DNA of 34,141 nt. Origin: a bacterium (lineage in GTDB: Bacteria > Desulfobacterota > DSWW01). Below the pieces are notes generated by a model. The model saw only the letters and a program-made list of their open reading frames with translations. It was not told the DNA's origin and did not search any database. Positions within the stretch are counted from its first letter, which is position 1. Each line of letters begins with the position of its first letter. The position numbers were made by a program, and so were the translations under genes. The DNA lies in assembly GCA_040756235.1 (NCBI GenBank), contig JBFLZG010000150.1, positions 1-34,141 of the forward strand. The letters run 5' to 3'. Shown piece by piece: positions 8,323 through 16,650 of the stretch.

Positions 8323-8790
8323 TCACAATGCATCCATCAGATCATCCAGAGCCCGCTTCCACTCGACCAGCGGGATCTCCTCCATCGAAAGTTGAGCGCA
8401 AGCCAGCTTGCCCGGTCCCAGGTGGGCGACATGGATCGCCCCAGCACCCTCGACCAAGCCCTGAACCTGCCAAGGCGGATACCCCACGAGGAGAAGCAGG
8501 TCGGGCCGCTTCTCGACCAGCGGCTCCCGCCACTTCCCTTCGAGATATCGGAACAGTTCCGCAAGCCAGATCTTCTTGGTCTTGACCCGGCGGCTCGAGG
8601 CTTTCACAGCGGGCAGGACGTTTCCTGTGGCAGCCACCGGACAGTCGAGCTTCTCGGCCACCTCCAGAGCGTACTCGATCAGGCCTTTGCCGTTCAGGCT
8701 GAGCCCTGTGCAGCCCTCGCCGGCGACCACAAGCGGGTTCCTGTGCCGCCGGATGTAGCGGGCCCACCTTTGCGCATCGAACTTTGCCAT
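8323..8790 (-). CDS. cdhB: ACDS epsilon subunit
   Basis: IRRHRNPLVVAG, CPVAATGN and PDLLLLVG motifs; lies between cdhA and cdhC. AAGGAG SD. Confidence 0.85.
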   Translation of the reverse strand: MAKFDAQRWARYIRRHRNPLVVAGEGCTGLSLNGKGLIEYALEVAEKLDCPVAATGNVLPAVKASSRRVKTKKIWLAELFRYLEGKWREPLVEKRPDLLLLVGYPPWQVQGLVEGAGAIHVAHLGPGKLACAQLSMEEIPLVEWKRALDDLMDAL

Positions 8791-8794
8791 GATC

Positions 8795-11536
8795 CTACTC
8801 CTTGACTGCTTCCCGCATGATCAGGCGTTTCAGCATCGTGGCGTATCGCCCCTGCTTGATGGCATATTGGTCCAGATACTCTTCCATCGAGACGAGATTT
8901 CCGTCCCGGTTTCTCACTTTACGGACCGTCGTGCGGTCCACGGCCCAGCCGTGCTCGTCTCGGAGGATCTTCAACAACCGCATACGCTTCATGACGTGGA
9001 GTTCCAGGGCGCTGCGCAGATAGAAGGTCCAGTCATCGGGCAGTTCGCCGAAGTATTTCTCGTGAATCTCGGTGTAGTTGTCGATGGTCGAGAGCCTGGG
9101 ATCACGAAGCGCGCAAGTCGTAAAGCAGAGCTTGATCGCCATCGTCACGGCCTCTTCCTTGGTTTCCACCGGAAAAATGAGGTGAGGCGGAGAAGGGTCC
9201 ACCTCCCGCGCGTCGCCGGTCAGGCCATCGTACATGCTCCACGTCGATCGGTCGTACTTGTTTCCCGCCAGCATGCGGCTGAACTTGAAGCCCGAAGGCC
9301 CGATCACCACCGGTGCGCCCGCCCGCGCAAAGCCGGAGGCCTTGACGAGCATCTTGTCCGAGGCAGGCCCCCAGATGATCACCGCAAACGGTGCCCGGTT
9401 GAGGCTGTAATCCGCGGCCTGATCGAAGTTCGCCTTGATGGAGACCCCGCCTCCGAGTTGGGCGAATTTGAACATCGAGGCCATGATGTGCGTGTCCGCC
9501 GAGCAGCCGCCGCAATTCACAAGCCCTTTCAGGGTGGCCATGCTCGGGTAGTTCTCCGGGAAGGGCCTGCCGGTCTCCTGGTCGATCCTGCGAGCCACAT
9601 CCGCTGCCGCGCATCCTGCGGTCATGACCACGCAGTTCCGGTCGAGCAACTCCTTGGCCATTGCCATGAGATCTTCGTCCGACCCTGGGTAGTGCCCGCA
9701 GCCGAGCAGGGTGACCATGCCGGGTGCATTGCCACCGAGAACCAGGCCAAAGGTGAGATCCCGGAACTCGAGATGGCTCAGGGGTCCCCGGCCCGGCCGC
9801 ATGAGGAACCGGTCCTGAGCGATCCTTTCCGACCCGCCCACGAGGAGCGCGTCCAGCACCGGGATCCCCTCCGGACAGATCCTTTCGCACTCGCCACAAA
9901 ACAGGCACCGATCGAAGAGATCCTGAAGCGCTCTGCGGTCTCCGCTCTTCAGGGCCTTGCTGACGGGCAGCGAGTTGGGGCAACGGTGGAAACAGAGGTC
10001 GCAGGCCGTACACTGCGCCTGGGCCTGTTCCAGTGCGGCCGGGTCCGGCCTTTTGCTCGTCTTGCCTTTGAACCCCTTGAAGAACGCGGCCGCCACGTCG
10101 GCAGCCTTCTCCACGGACCGGACCGAGAGAGATTCAGCCCTTCTCAGCCTCTCGACGAGTTTCTCCACGGGTTCATTCGAGAGATCCGGGACCGGGAAGG
10201 AGGCGCCGGACCCGGACGCGAGCAAGGGAATCCCGACTCGCATGGCGTGACGGGCGATGTCCAGCGGATAGCAGGAGCTCGAGGCAACGATCAGATCCGG
10301 GATGCCCAGGCGAACAGCCTTGAGGGCTTTTCCCGTAGTCGTCAAAATCTTGCCTGTGGGATAGAAGCGCACGAGCTCGTGGCCCGCATTTCCAAGGCCA
10401 ACGATCTCCATGTCGGCAGCCAGTCTCTCTTCTTCCAGGCGTCCCACGGTGTAGAAGATGGGAAGGCAACTGTCGCCGAAGAACGCCACGACCGGTTTGC
10501 TGCGGTCCACCGTGCCAAGCCCGACCGCGGTCCGCGCATCCGGGCAGGAAGCCATCTCCTTCACCGAGAGATTTCCGGTTGAGAGGAACTCGAAGCAGCA
10601 GATTTTCACCAGCTCTTCCACCTCTGTGGCCAGGAACTGAAGGGAGCCCAGGTGCAGGGCGCGGGACTCCAGATCGAGGGCATCTCCGGCCTGCTGACAG
10701 AGAACCGCAGTCTGCTCGATGAACTGGGCCTCTGCATACCGTAAGGCCCGGTCCAGGTCACCAATGTTCCCGGGCACGAAACCGGTGAGCACCGTAACGT
10801 TGCAGGACGGGTATGCGATCGACTTGCCCAGATCGATCACCTTCTCCGGCCCGAAGACCTTGAGCGCCTCGTCCAGGACTTCCCTGGCCACGGCCAGGGC
10901 CTTTCCCGCCCCTGACAGATGCTCCTCGAGATTTCTGAGCGCGAGGCGCATCGCCTCACCGCCCTTCCCATCCGCAGCATCCTTCCCATCCTCTCTCTGC
11001 GTGTACAGAGGACGGTATCGTTTCAACAGGATCCCGTCCCACTCGGCAAGATCCTCGGCCCTTGTAAAGGGCCGGATCCGGTTGTCGTACTGCTTGATCC
11101 GGGTCTCGATATAGTCGGTCTGCAGGATGCTCCTCACGAGCGTCTCGTTGCCCCGGATGTCCGGTGTGATCTCGCTCAAGTCGACCTTGATGTCGCCGAC
11201 CGGTTCCGTGAGCTCCCCCTTCCCGGGCTTCTTGAACGACCGGAGTCTATCGCTCTCAACCTCTGACCGCCCGGATGGTTCCTGGGCGGATGGTCGATGC
11301 TCGTCCTTGTCGATGAAATCCGTCTCGGCCATGCATCTGGCGCAGACGATCCGCCGCTTCTGCGCAGGCCCCAGGGCGCCTTCGGTGCTGATGCCCTTGA
11401 CTCTGTGGGAGGCAGAGATGTCTTCGGTCTGCACGACGTGACGGCACATCTCGCACAGGTCGATCCCGCAGACGGCGCACTTGTCCGAAGCCTCGTTCTG
11501 ATTGCACACCTTGCAGGCAGTCCCCGCTGGCATCAT
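8795..11536 (-). CDS. cdhA: Degenerate archaeal-type CO dehydrogenase (ACDS alpha subunit) with an N-terminal Cys-rich finger
   Basis: WDGILLKRYRPLY, E/F ferredoxin motifs CTACDLCFHRCP and CLFCGECERICP, GCGHYP, AGCAA, GGCSA, and C-terminal HEKYFGELPDDW...HGWAVD typical of CdhA. B/D-cluster cysteine stretch absent. AAGGAG SD before ATG11536. Confidence 0.9.
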   Translation of the reverse strand: MMPAGTACKVCNQNEASDKCAVCGIDLCEMCRHVVQTEDISASHRVKGISTEGALGPAQKRRIVCARCMAETDFIDKDEHRPSAQEPSGRSEVESDRLRSFKKPGKGELTEPVGDIKVDLSEITPDIRGNETLVRSILQTDYIETRIKQYDNRIRPFTRAEDLAEWDGILLKRYRPLYTQREDGKDAADGKGGEAMRLALRNLEEHLSGAGKALAVAREVLDEALKVFGPEKVIDLGKSIAYPSCNVTVLTGFVPGNIGDLDRALRYAEAQFIEQTAVLCQQAGDALDLESRALHLGSLQFLATEVEELVKICCFEFLSTGNLSVKEMASCPDARTAVGLGTVDRSKPVVAFFGDSCLPIFYTVGRLEEERLAADMEIVGLGNAGHELVRFYPTGKILTTTGKALKAVRLGIPDLIVASSSCYPLDIARHAMRVGIPLLASGSGASFPVPDLSNEPVEKLVERLRRAESLSVRSVEKAADVAAAFFKGFKGKTSKRPDPAALEQAQAQCTACDLCFHRCPNSLPVSKALKSGDRRALQDLFDRCLFCGECERICPEGIPVLDALLVGGSERIAQDRFLMRPGRGPLSHLEFRDLTFGLVLGGNAPGMVTLLGCGHYPGSDEDLMAMAKELLDRNCVVMTAGCAAADVARRIDQETGRPFPENYPSMATLKGLVNCGGCSADTHIMASMFKFAQLGGGVSIKANFDQAADYSLNRAPFAVIIWGPASDKMLVKASGFARAGAPVVIGPSGFKFSRMLAGNKYDRSTWSMYDGLTGDAREVDPSPPHLIFPVETKEEAVTMAIKLCFTTCALRDPRLSTIDNYTEIHEKYFGELPDDWTFYLRSALELHVMKRMRLLKILRDEHGWAVDRTTVRKVRNRDGNLVSMEEYLDQYAIKQGRYATMLKRLIMREAVKE

Positions 11537-11599
11537 CAGACTCCTTCTCGCAACGAGACGTCCAAAGACTTTCCCGTCACTCCTTCAGCTGCTTCACGT

Positions 11600-13804
11600 T
11601 CAGCGAACCATCGCATTGTGCTCTTCCATGAGGGCCTGCTTCATGCTCCTCGTGTTCGCGATCAGGGTCATCCTGCCTCGTCCGATCCGCGCGATGTTTC
11701 CCAGGAGATCGGGATCGGCGTTCTCCTCGTTGATGCAGATGCAGGATACGGTGATCCCCTTGCGAGCCGCCTTGGCTGCCTCCTGGACGGCGAACCTTGC
11801 TGGAGACGGATGGGGAGCCGTGGCATCGCCATCCGACACCAGGATGATATGCTGTTTGCTGTGCCCCCGGGAGTGCCTCGCGAACAGACCGCGGGCTGTA
11901 AGAAGGCCAAAGCCCAGGTTCGTGAAGGCGTTTTCGTGAAGGTCAAGATCCAGGATCTTCTCCGTGAGGAGGTAGGTGTTCGAGGAGAGATCCGAGACAA
12001 CCTTGGCCAGATTGGAGAAGGTCACGAGTCCCATCCTGTCCCCATGACCCGAGGAGGCAAGCGCCAGGGCGATGGCGCTCTCCTTGGCATACCAGAGCTT
12101 TTCGAGCTGGTCCATGGTTCCCGACAGATCCAGGCAGAGAAGGATGTCCATCCGTGTCCGGATGTCCCGGGTCACCACCTGGAGGTCCTCTCGGGTGATT
12201 CGAGGGTGCCGGTTGCGGATCGCGCGTCGCAGGGTGTCCTTCAGGCTGAAATCCCTGTAGCAGTCGCCGAACCGCCAGGCCCGGGTCCCCACGACACGAC
12301 CTTCACCGACCAGGCGTTTCCGGCCCGTCCTGTGCTTCCCGAGCCCCGCGAGCTGGTTCTCCTCCCAGGCCCGGGGCGCGAGCTTCTCCAGCAGCAAACC
12401 GATGCCCCTCTTCGAGAGTCTGTAACCCTTCTCCCGCCGGCACAGGATCTGCCGTTCCTCGAGCATCTCGACAGTCTGGACGAGTGCTTCGGCCTCGAGC
12501 CTCGCACGCATCTCTCCGGAAATCCTCTCGTTCCTCTCCCGGGCCTGCTCGATCTCGCAGAGAAGATCCATGGTCAGGTTGTCTTCCATCTGTCGATCCC
12601 GGATCCTCCTGAGCAGGTGATCGAGCATCTCCTGGTACAGACCGGCCAGGTGGGACTCCGGGAAGCGCTTGACGCGTTTCAGCAGGAGATCGAACAGGCC
12701 GAACTTCAGGGGCTTTCGGAAGTGGTCGATCCGAGCGATCTCGTCCACGATGGCCCGAACCTGATCCGGGGTCAGGGGGATCCGGTCTTTCTGTGCGGGT
12801 GCGATGCCCAGCACATCCCCGCAGATCTGGTCCACGATCTCCCTGGCCGAGCGGTTGGCAACGGCGTGGGCACCCACCTCCACCCGGTGCGGAAGGGCGG
12901 CCTGCGAGGCTTCCGGAATGAGGTCTTCGGGAGATGGGTCGCGAATCGTGTCCGAAAAGGAGGCCAGCAGTTCGCCATACCGGATCGCCCCTCGTGTGGA
13001 CACCCCCCTGGAGAGGTCCTCGTGACAGCGCGTCCTCCGGACCACATCCATGGCGGGCCGAACCCAGCCCGCGGAATTCCGGCCGCCCGCCAGCAGACGG
13101 GTTTCAAACTCGCTGTCCCATGCGTTGTCCAGGGGAATCCAATCGAAATGGTCGGCCAAGTCCCCCGGCATGCTGCCCGATGCCGCGCGGGAACCGGTCG
13201 CCACGATCAGCACGTCCAGAGGGAGCAGTTCGTCCCGGTTTCCGATGGGAACTCCCCCGCCTGCGAGCCCCAGAAGGATTGCGTTGAGCACCCTCTCTGG
13301 AACACGGTCGATGAAATCGATGAGGAGCACGCATCCGTTGGCCCGGAGAAGTTTGCCGGGCACGAAGGCCCTCAAGTCGAAGATCCCGTGCTCCAGAGCC
13401 ATCTGCGGATCGTAATCACCCACGAGGTCCGAAGCCTTCAGTTCAGAGCTTCCCGATACCTTTCGGATCCTTTCCGATCCGGGGAGGGTCTCGGCCCTCA
13501 GTTTTTCTCCCCTGGACAACCGCTGGCGGCACCAAGGACAAGGCGGCGTCTCCGGGCTGCAGTTCACCGGGCAGCCTGCCACAATCCGTCTGTCGGGAAG
13601 GAGATGGACCACTCTCTGCGCCAGGGTCGTCTTGCCAACCCCCGGCGGGCCGGCCAGCAGAAGGTGATGACCGACAAGCAGGGATGTCACGACTCGAGCC
13701 CGAGTGGCCGGGGCCGTGGAGATGCCGTCGAAAAGAATCTGCTCGACCCCGCTTACGCCGAGGCAGAACATACGGGCTCGCATTTCTTCACGCAGATCCA
13801 TCAC
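11600..13804 (-). CDS. ChlD/BchD-like AAA+ (Walker B mutated) - VWA domain protein
   Basis: Walker A GPPGVGKTT, Cys insert CPVNCSPETPPCPWC, Walker B LLIDF (E->F), RGVSTRG. C-terminal VWA with MIDAS DLSGT...T...SDG. Confidence 0.88.
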   Translation of the reverse strand: MMDLREEMRARMFCLGVSGVEQILFDGISTAPATRARVVTSLLVGHHLLLAGPPGVGKTTLAQRVVHLLPDRRIVAGCPVNCSPETPPCPWCRQRLSRGEKLRAETLPGSERIRKVSGSSELKASDLVGDYDPQMALEHGIFDLRAFVPGKLLRANGCVLLIDFIDRVPERVLNAILLGLAGGGVPIGNRDELLPLDVLIVATGSRAASGSMPGDLADHFDWIPLDNAWDSEFETRLLAGGRNSAGWVRPAMDVVRRTRCHEDLSRGVSTRGAIRYGELLASFSDTIRDPSPEDLIPEASQAALPHRVEVGAHAVANRSAREIVDQICGDVLGIAPAQKDRIPLTPDQVRAIVDEIARIDHFRKPLKFGLFDLLLKRVKRFPESHLAGLYQEMLDHLLRRIRDRQMEDNLTMDLLCEIEQARERNERISGEMRARLEAEALVQTVEMLEERQILCRREKGYRLSKRGIGLLLEKLAPRAWEENQLAGLGKHRTGRKRLVGEGRVVGTRAWRFGDCYRDFSLKDTLRRAIRNRHPRITREDLQVVTRDIRTRMDILLCLDLSGTMDQLEKLWYAKESAIALALASSGHGDRMGLVTFSNLAKVVSDLSSNTYLLTEKILDLDLHENAFTNLGFGLLTARGLFARHSRGHSKQHIILVSDGDATAPHPSPARFAVQEAAKAARKGITVSCICINEENADPDLLGNIARIGRGRMTLIANTRSMKQALMEEHNAMVR

Positions 13805-14650
13805 TCAGGGCCCTGCTGTCCCCTGGCCCGTGGCGAAACCTGCCCTGGCCAGTCGATCGGCTCGAATCGCATCGAGTCTCGCGAAAACATCCCGGGCCGC
13901 TGTCATCACGGGCCCGTCTTCGGGGAGCTCCCAGACGGACTTGCCCAGGGCGTCGTTCTCGGCAACTCTGGGGTCGAACGGCAGGAATCCGATCACTTCG
14001 AGTCCGGCCTCCAGCGCCTGCCTGGATAGGATCGTCCGGGTCTCTTCTGTAACCTTGTTCACGAGCATCACAGTCCGTCCAAACGTTACGTTCAGATCCT
14101 GCGCGAGCTGGGCGACACGCCGTGCGGTGCCAACCCCCCTGGCCGACGCGTCCGTGACCACGAGCATCACATCCACGTCTCGAGCGGTCCTCCTGGAGAT
14201 GTGCTCCAGACCTGCCTCGGAGTCGATGACCACGGTGGGATAGTGGCGAGCTTGCATATCGATGATGCCGCGCAGGATGTGATTCACCGCGCAGTAACAC
14301 CCCTCCCCTTCCCCACGCCCCATGACGAGAAGGTCGAACCCCTTCTGCTCGATGACGGCCTCCATCATCCGCTGCTCGAAGAGCCTCTCCGCGGTAACCG
14401 CCGGGCTATCGTTCCTGCGGCTCCGGTAGTCGAGGATAGATTCTCGGATCCCGCCCACCGTGACCTTCGCATCGATACCCAACGCCTCCGGAAGGTTGGA
14501 ATCCGGATCTGCGTCGATCGCCAGAACAACCCCGTGCTTCCTCTGGTCTCGAACGAGCAAAGCAGAGAACAGGGTCTTCCCTGTGCCGCCCTTGCCCGCG
14601 ACGACGATCGTGAACCCTTTGAGAACTCCGGGACCTTGAAGACCTTGCAT
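13805..14650 (-). CDS. cooC: CooC/AcsF nickel-insertion ATPase
   Basis: AGKGGTGKT, IDADPDSNL, Ni-binding GEGCYC, IDSEAGLEHISR and NKV motifs. Confidence 0.93.
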   Translation of the reverse strand: MQGLQGPGVLKGFTIVVAGKGGTGKTLFSALLVRDQRKHGVVLAIDADPDSNLPEALGIDAKVTVGGIRESILDYRSRRNDSPAVTAERLFEQRMMEAVIEQKGFDLLVMGRGEGEGCYCAVNHILRGIIDMQARHYPTVVIDSEAGLEHISRRTARDVDVMLVVTDASARGVGTARRVAQLAQDLNVTFGRTVMLVNKVTEETRTILSRQALEAGLEVIGFLPFDPRVAENDALGKSVWELPEDGPVMTAARDVFARLDAIRADRLARAGFATGQGTAGP

Positions 14651-14657
14651 CTGCCGT

Positions 14658-15689
14658 CTACCCCAAGACTTCTTCGAGGAGGGCCTGGATCAGGCCTTCG
14701 GCGTCATCGTAGTATTTCGATTCCGGACTGGGCTTGATCCTCCCCACCAGCGTGGAAACCGCAACGGTGCGCACATGATCCCGGCCGACCTCCCCCGCGC
14801 CCTCCAGCCAGGCCATCGCCTGAGCCTTTTCATACATGGCCAGACCAGCCCGGACGGACGCGCCCTGGTCCATCTCCTTTGCCCAAGGATCTTCCCGCGT
14901 GGATCGGACGAGCCTGACCAGCGTATCCAGGACGGCCTCCGGCAGGGAGACCCCATCCAGCCTGACGCCGTACCGAAGCATGATTTGTTTCTCCAGCTCT
15001 GCATCTTCCGGATAGCTCATGGGCACCACGTCAAACCGATCCATCAGCACGTCCGAGAGTTCTTCCACGCCGGCATGCTCCCGGGGATTCATGGTGGCCA
15101 GCATCAGGAAATTCGCGGCGTACTCCACGTCGTACGGCCCGATCGTGGCCGTGTGTTCCTCGAGCACCTGGAGCAGTGCGTTCTGGAGCTTTTCTGGAAT
15201 CCGATTGAGCTCGTCAAAGAAGAGAACGCCCCGGTTGCCCTTGAGGAGCTTGCCCGGCGTAAAGGCCCTCCAATCGTGACATCCGTACTGGAAGGCCATG
15301 CTGGGATCGATGTCGCCCAGGAGGTCTTCGGCCGTCAGATCCGGACTCCCCTGAATGCGCACGAAGCGCTGGGCGCCGGAGATGGATACGCTCTCAAGCT
15401 TCCCTCCTGCCTTCACCTTGGCCCGGCAGGCTGGGCAGACCGGTTCGGCAGGATTGCAGTGAAAGGCGCAATCCGCAACCGCCTCCACCGCGGGAAGGAT
15501 CGAGGCCAGATGCCGGGCAAGCGTGGTCTTTCCCACGCCAGGAGGGCCTTCGATCAAAACATGATGCCCGGCCAGGATGGAAGCCAGAATCGCCTTTTTC
15601 GCCTTGGTTTGACCGAGGATCACGGAAAGAGGGTCCTCTCCCCTTTGGAGAAACCGTTCGAGGGTTTGTTTCAGGCCTTCCAAATTCAT
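14658..15689 (-). CDS. ChlI/MoxR-type AAA+ ATPase
   Basis: GPPGVGKTT, Cys insert CAFHCNPAEPVCPAC, QGSPDLTAEDLLG, intact Walker B FFDELNR, ATMNP, LMDRF, SVRA. Start ATG15689 (MNLEGL). Confidence 0.9.
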   Translation of the reverse strand: MNLEGLKQTLERFLQRGEDPLSVILGQTKAKKAILASILAGHHVLIEGPPGVGKTTLARHLASILPAVEAVADCAFHCNPAEPVCPACRAKVKAGGKLESVSISGAQRFVRIQGSPDLTAEDLLGDIDPSMAFQYGCHDWRAFTPGKLLKGNRGVLFFDELNRIPEKLQNALLQVLEEHTATIGPYDVEYAANFLMLATMNPREHAGVEELSDVLMDRFDVVPMSYPEDAELEKQIMLRYGVRLDGVSLPEAVLDTLVRLVRSTREDPWAKEMDQGASVRAGLAMYEKAQAMAWLEGAGEVGRDHVRTVAVSTLVGRIKPSPESKYYDDAEGLIQALLEEVLG

Positions 15690-15717
15690 GCCTTGCCCTT
15701 CCGTTTCCAATCTGCTT

Positions 15718-16500
15718 TCAGCGTTTTCGTGAAAGGACGTACTGGGTCCGCGCATCCTGCCACTGCCGCGAGGTGGCCACGAAATACCGCAGGAGTCCCC
15801 GCACCTGCGGGTAGATCGTAAACGGATAGATCCGGTTCGGGTCTGAATTATCCACTCCGTAGACCCCGACACGATGGGTGCTCAGGCCGTCCACATGGGC
15901 CATGACCCATCTCTCCTGTTCCGAAAGAGGAACCCCCAGGGGCTCCTGGAACGCGGGCATCACGAGACCGTAGTCATGGAGGTGCCTGTATTTCTTGCGT
16001 AGTCCGATCAGATGCCGGCCCTTCTCCGTAGCTACTGCATCGCACCGGCAACAGAACATCGCGAAAAAGCCCCTCGATCCGAGTGTCCCGTAGCCGTCTG
16101 CCTCCGGATGCTCTTCCACCTTGTAGTCGTACTCACGAAGCAGGGCGGCGAATGCCTCCTTAAGGTAGTTCAGCACTTCTGCTTCCCCGTCGAAATCGAG
16201 ACGGTTGCGCGCGGCCAGCACATTCCTGCTTTTCTCGGCGCCTTTCGGCTCCTCCCTGGGTCCAGGCTCGTGGCGGTCAACGTCGCCTTCCAGGTAGCAG
16301 AGGTCACGGATGATCTTGCCTTCCCGGATGAGTTCGACTGCCAGGAGGACTTTCACGCTCCGCGCCGTGCCCTTCTTCTCGAGGATCTGAAGATCCTTGA
16401 CTTCCCAGTCGGCCGGATAGGGAAGCTCGATACGGATCTTCTTTTCCCGAAAGGCCCGGTTCACGTCCTCGACCGTAGCGCCGTGCGCAGGATCGACCAT
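15718..16500 (-). CDS. Hypothetical protein, first gene of the cdh/fwd-like operon
   Basis: Long globular ORF; AAAGGA SD before ATG16500. C-terminal half resembles 6344..6910. Confidence 0.8.
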   Translation of the reverse strand: MVDPAHGATVEDVNRAFREKKIRIELPYPADWEVKDLQILEKKGTARSVKVLLAVELIREGKIIRDLCYLEGDVDRHEPGPREEPKGAEKSRNVLAARNRLDFDGEAEVLNYLKEAFAALLREYDYKVEEHPEADGYGTLGSRGFFAMFCCRCDAVATEKGRHLIGLRKKYRHLHDYGLVMPAFQEPLGVPLSEQERWVMAHVDGLSTHRVGVYGVDNSDPNRIYPFTIYPQVRGLLRYFVATSRQWQDARTQYVLSRKR

Positions 16501-16557
16501 CCCGCAATATCCTTTGTCCTCATCGATTCGGTCAGGCAATGACCGCCGGTATTTTTA

Positions 16558-16600
16558 ATGACCATAAGTCATCATACGGCCCTGTCAACACGGCTGTCAA
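16558..16600 (-). promoter_or_regulatory. Sigma70-type promoter(s) with an overlapping ATGAC-N5-GTCAT operator
   Basis: Minus strand TTGACA(16600-16595)-N18-TATGAT(16576-16571), and a second TTGACA(16588-16583)-N16-TATGGT. Palindrome ATGAC-CATAA-GTCAT at 16558-16572. Confidence 0.65.
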
Positions 16601-16650
16601 GAACAAACGGGCACACTCAAAAGGAAGCGATCGAATCCGGTCCAAGCCTG

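Noticed and set aside
3082..11536. Calling this a functional Wood-Ljungdahl or methanogenesis locus
   Set aside because: CdhA, FwdB and FwdA lack key ligands, and cdhDE and fwdCD are absent from the window.
11297..14029. 910-aa plus-strand ORF (also 3823..5829, 6618..7994, 8789..10582, 14775..15821 and 30028..31713)
   Set aside because: Antisense shadows of well-supported minus-strand genes in GC-rich DNA, with no recognisable motifs.
11600..15689. Magnesium or cobalt chelatase for tetrapyrrole synthesis
   Set aside because: No chlH/cobN or tetrapyrrole genes nearby; the context is cooC/cdh.
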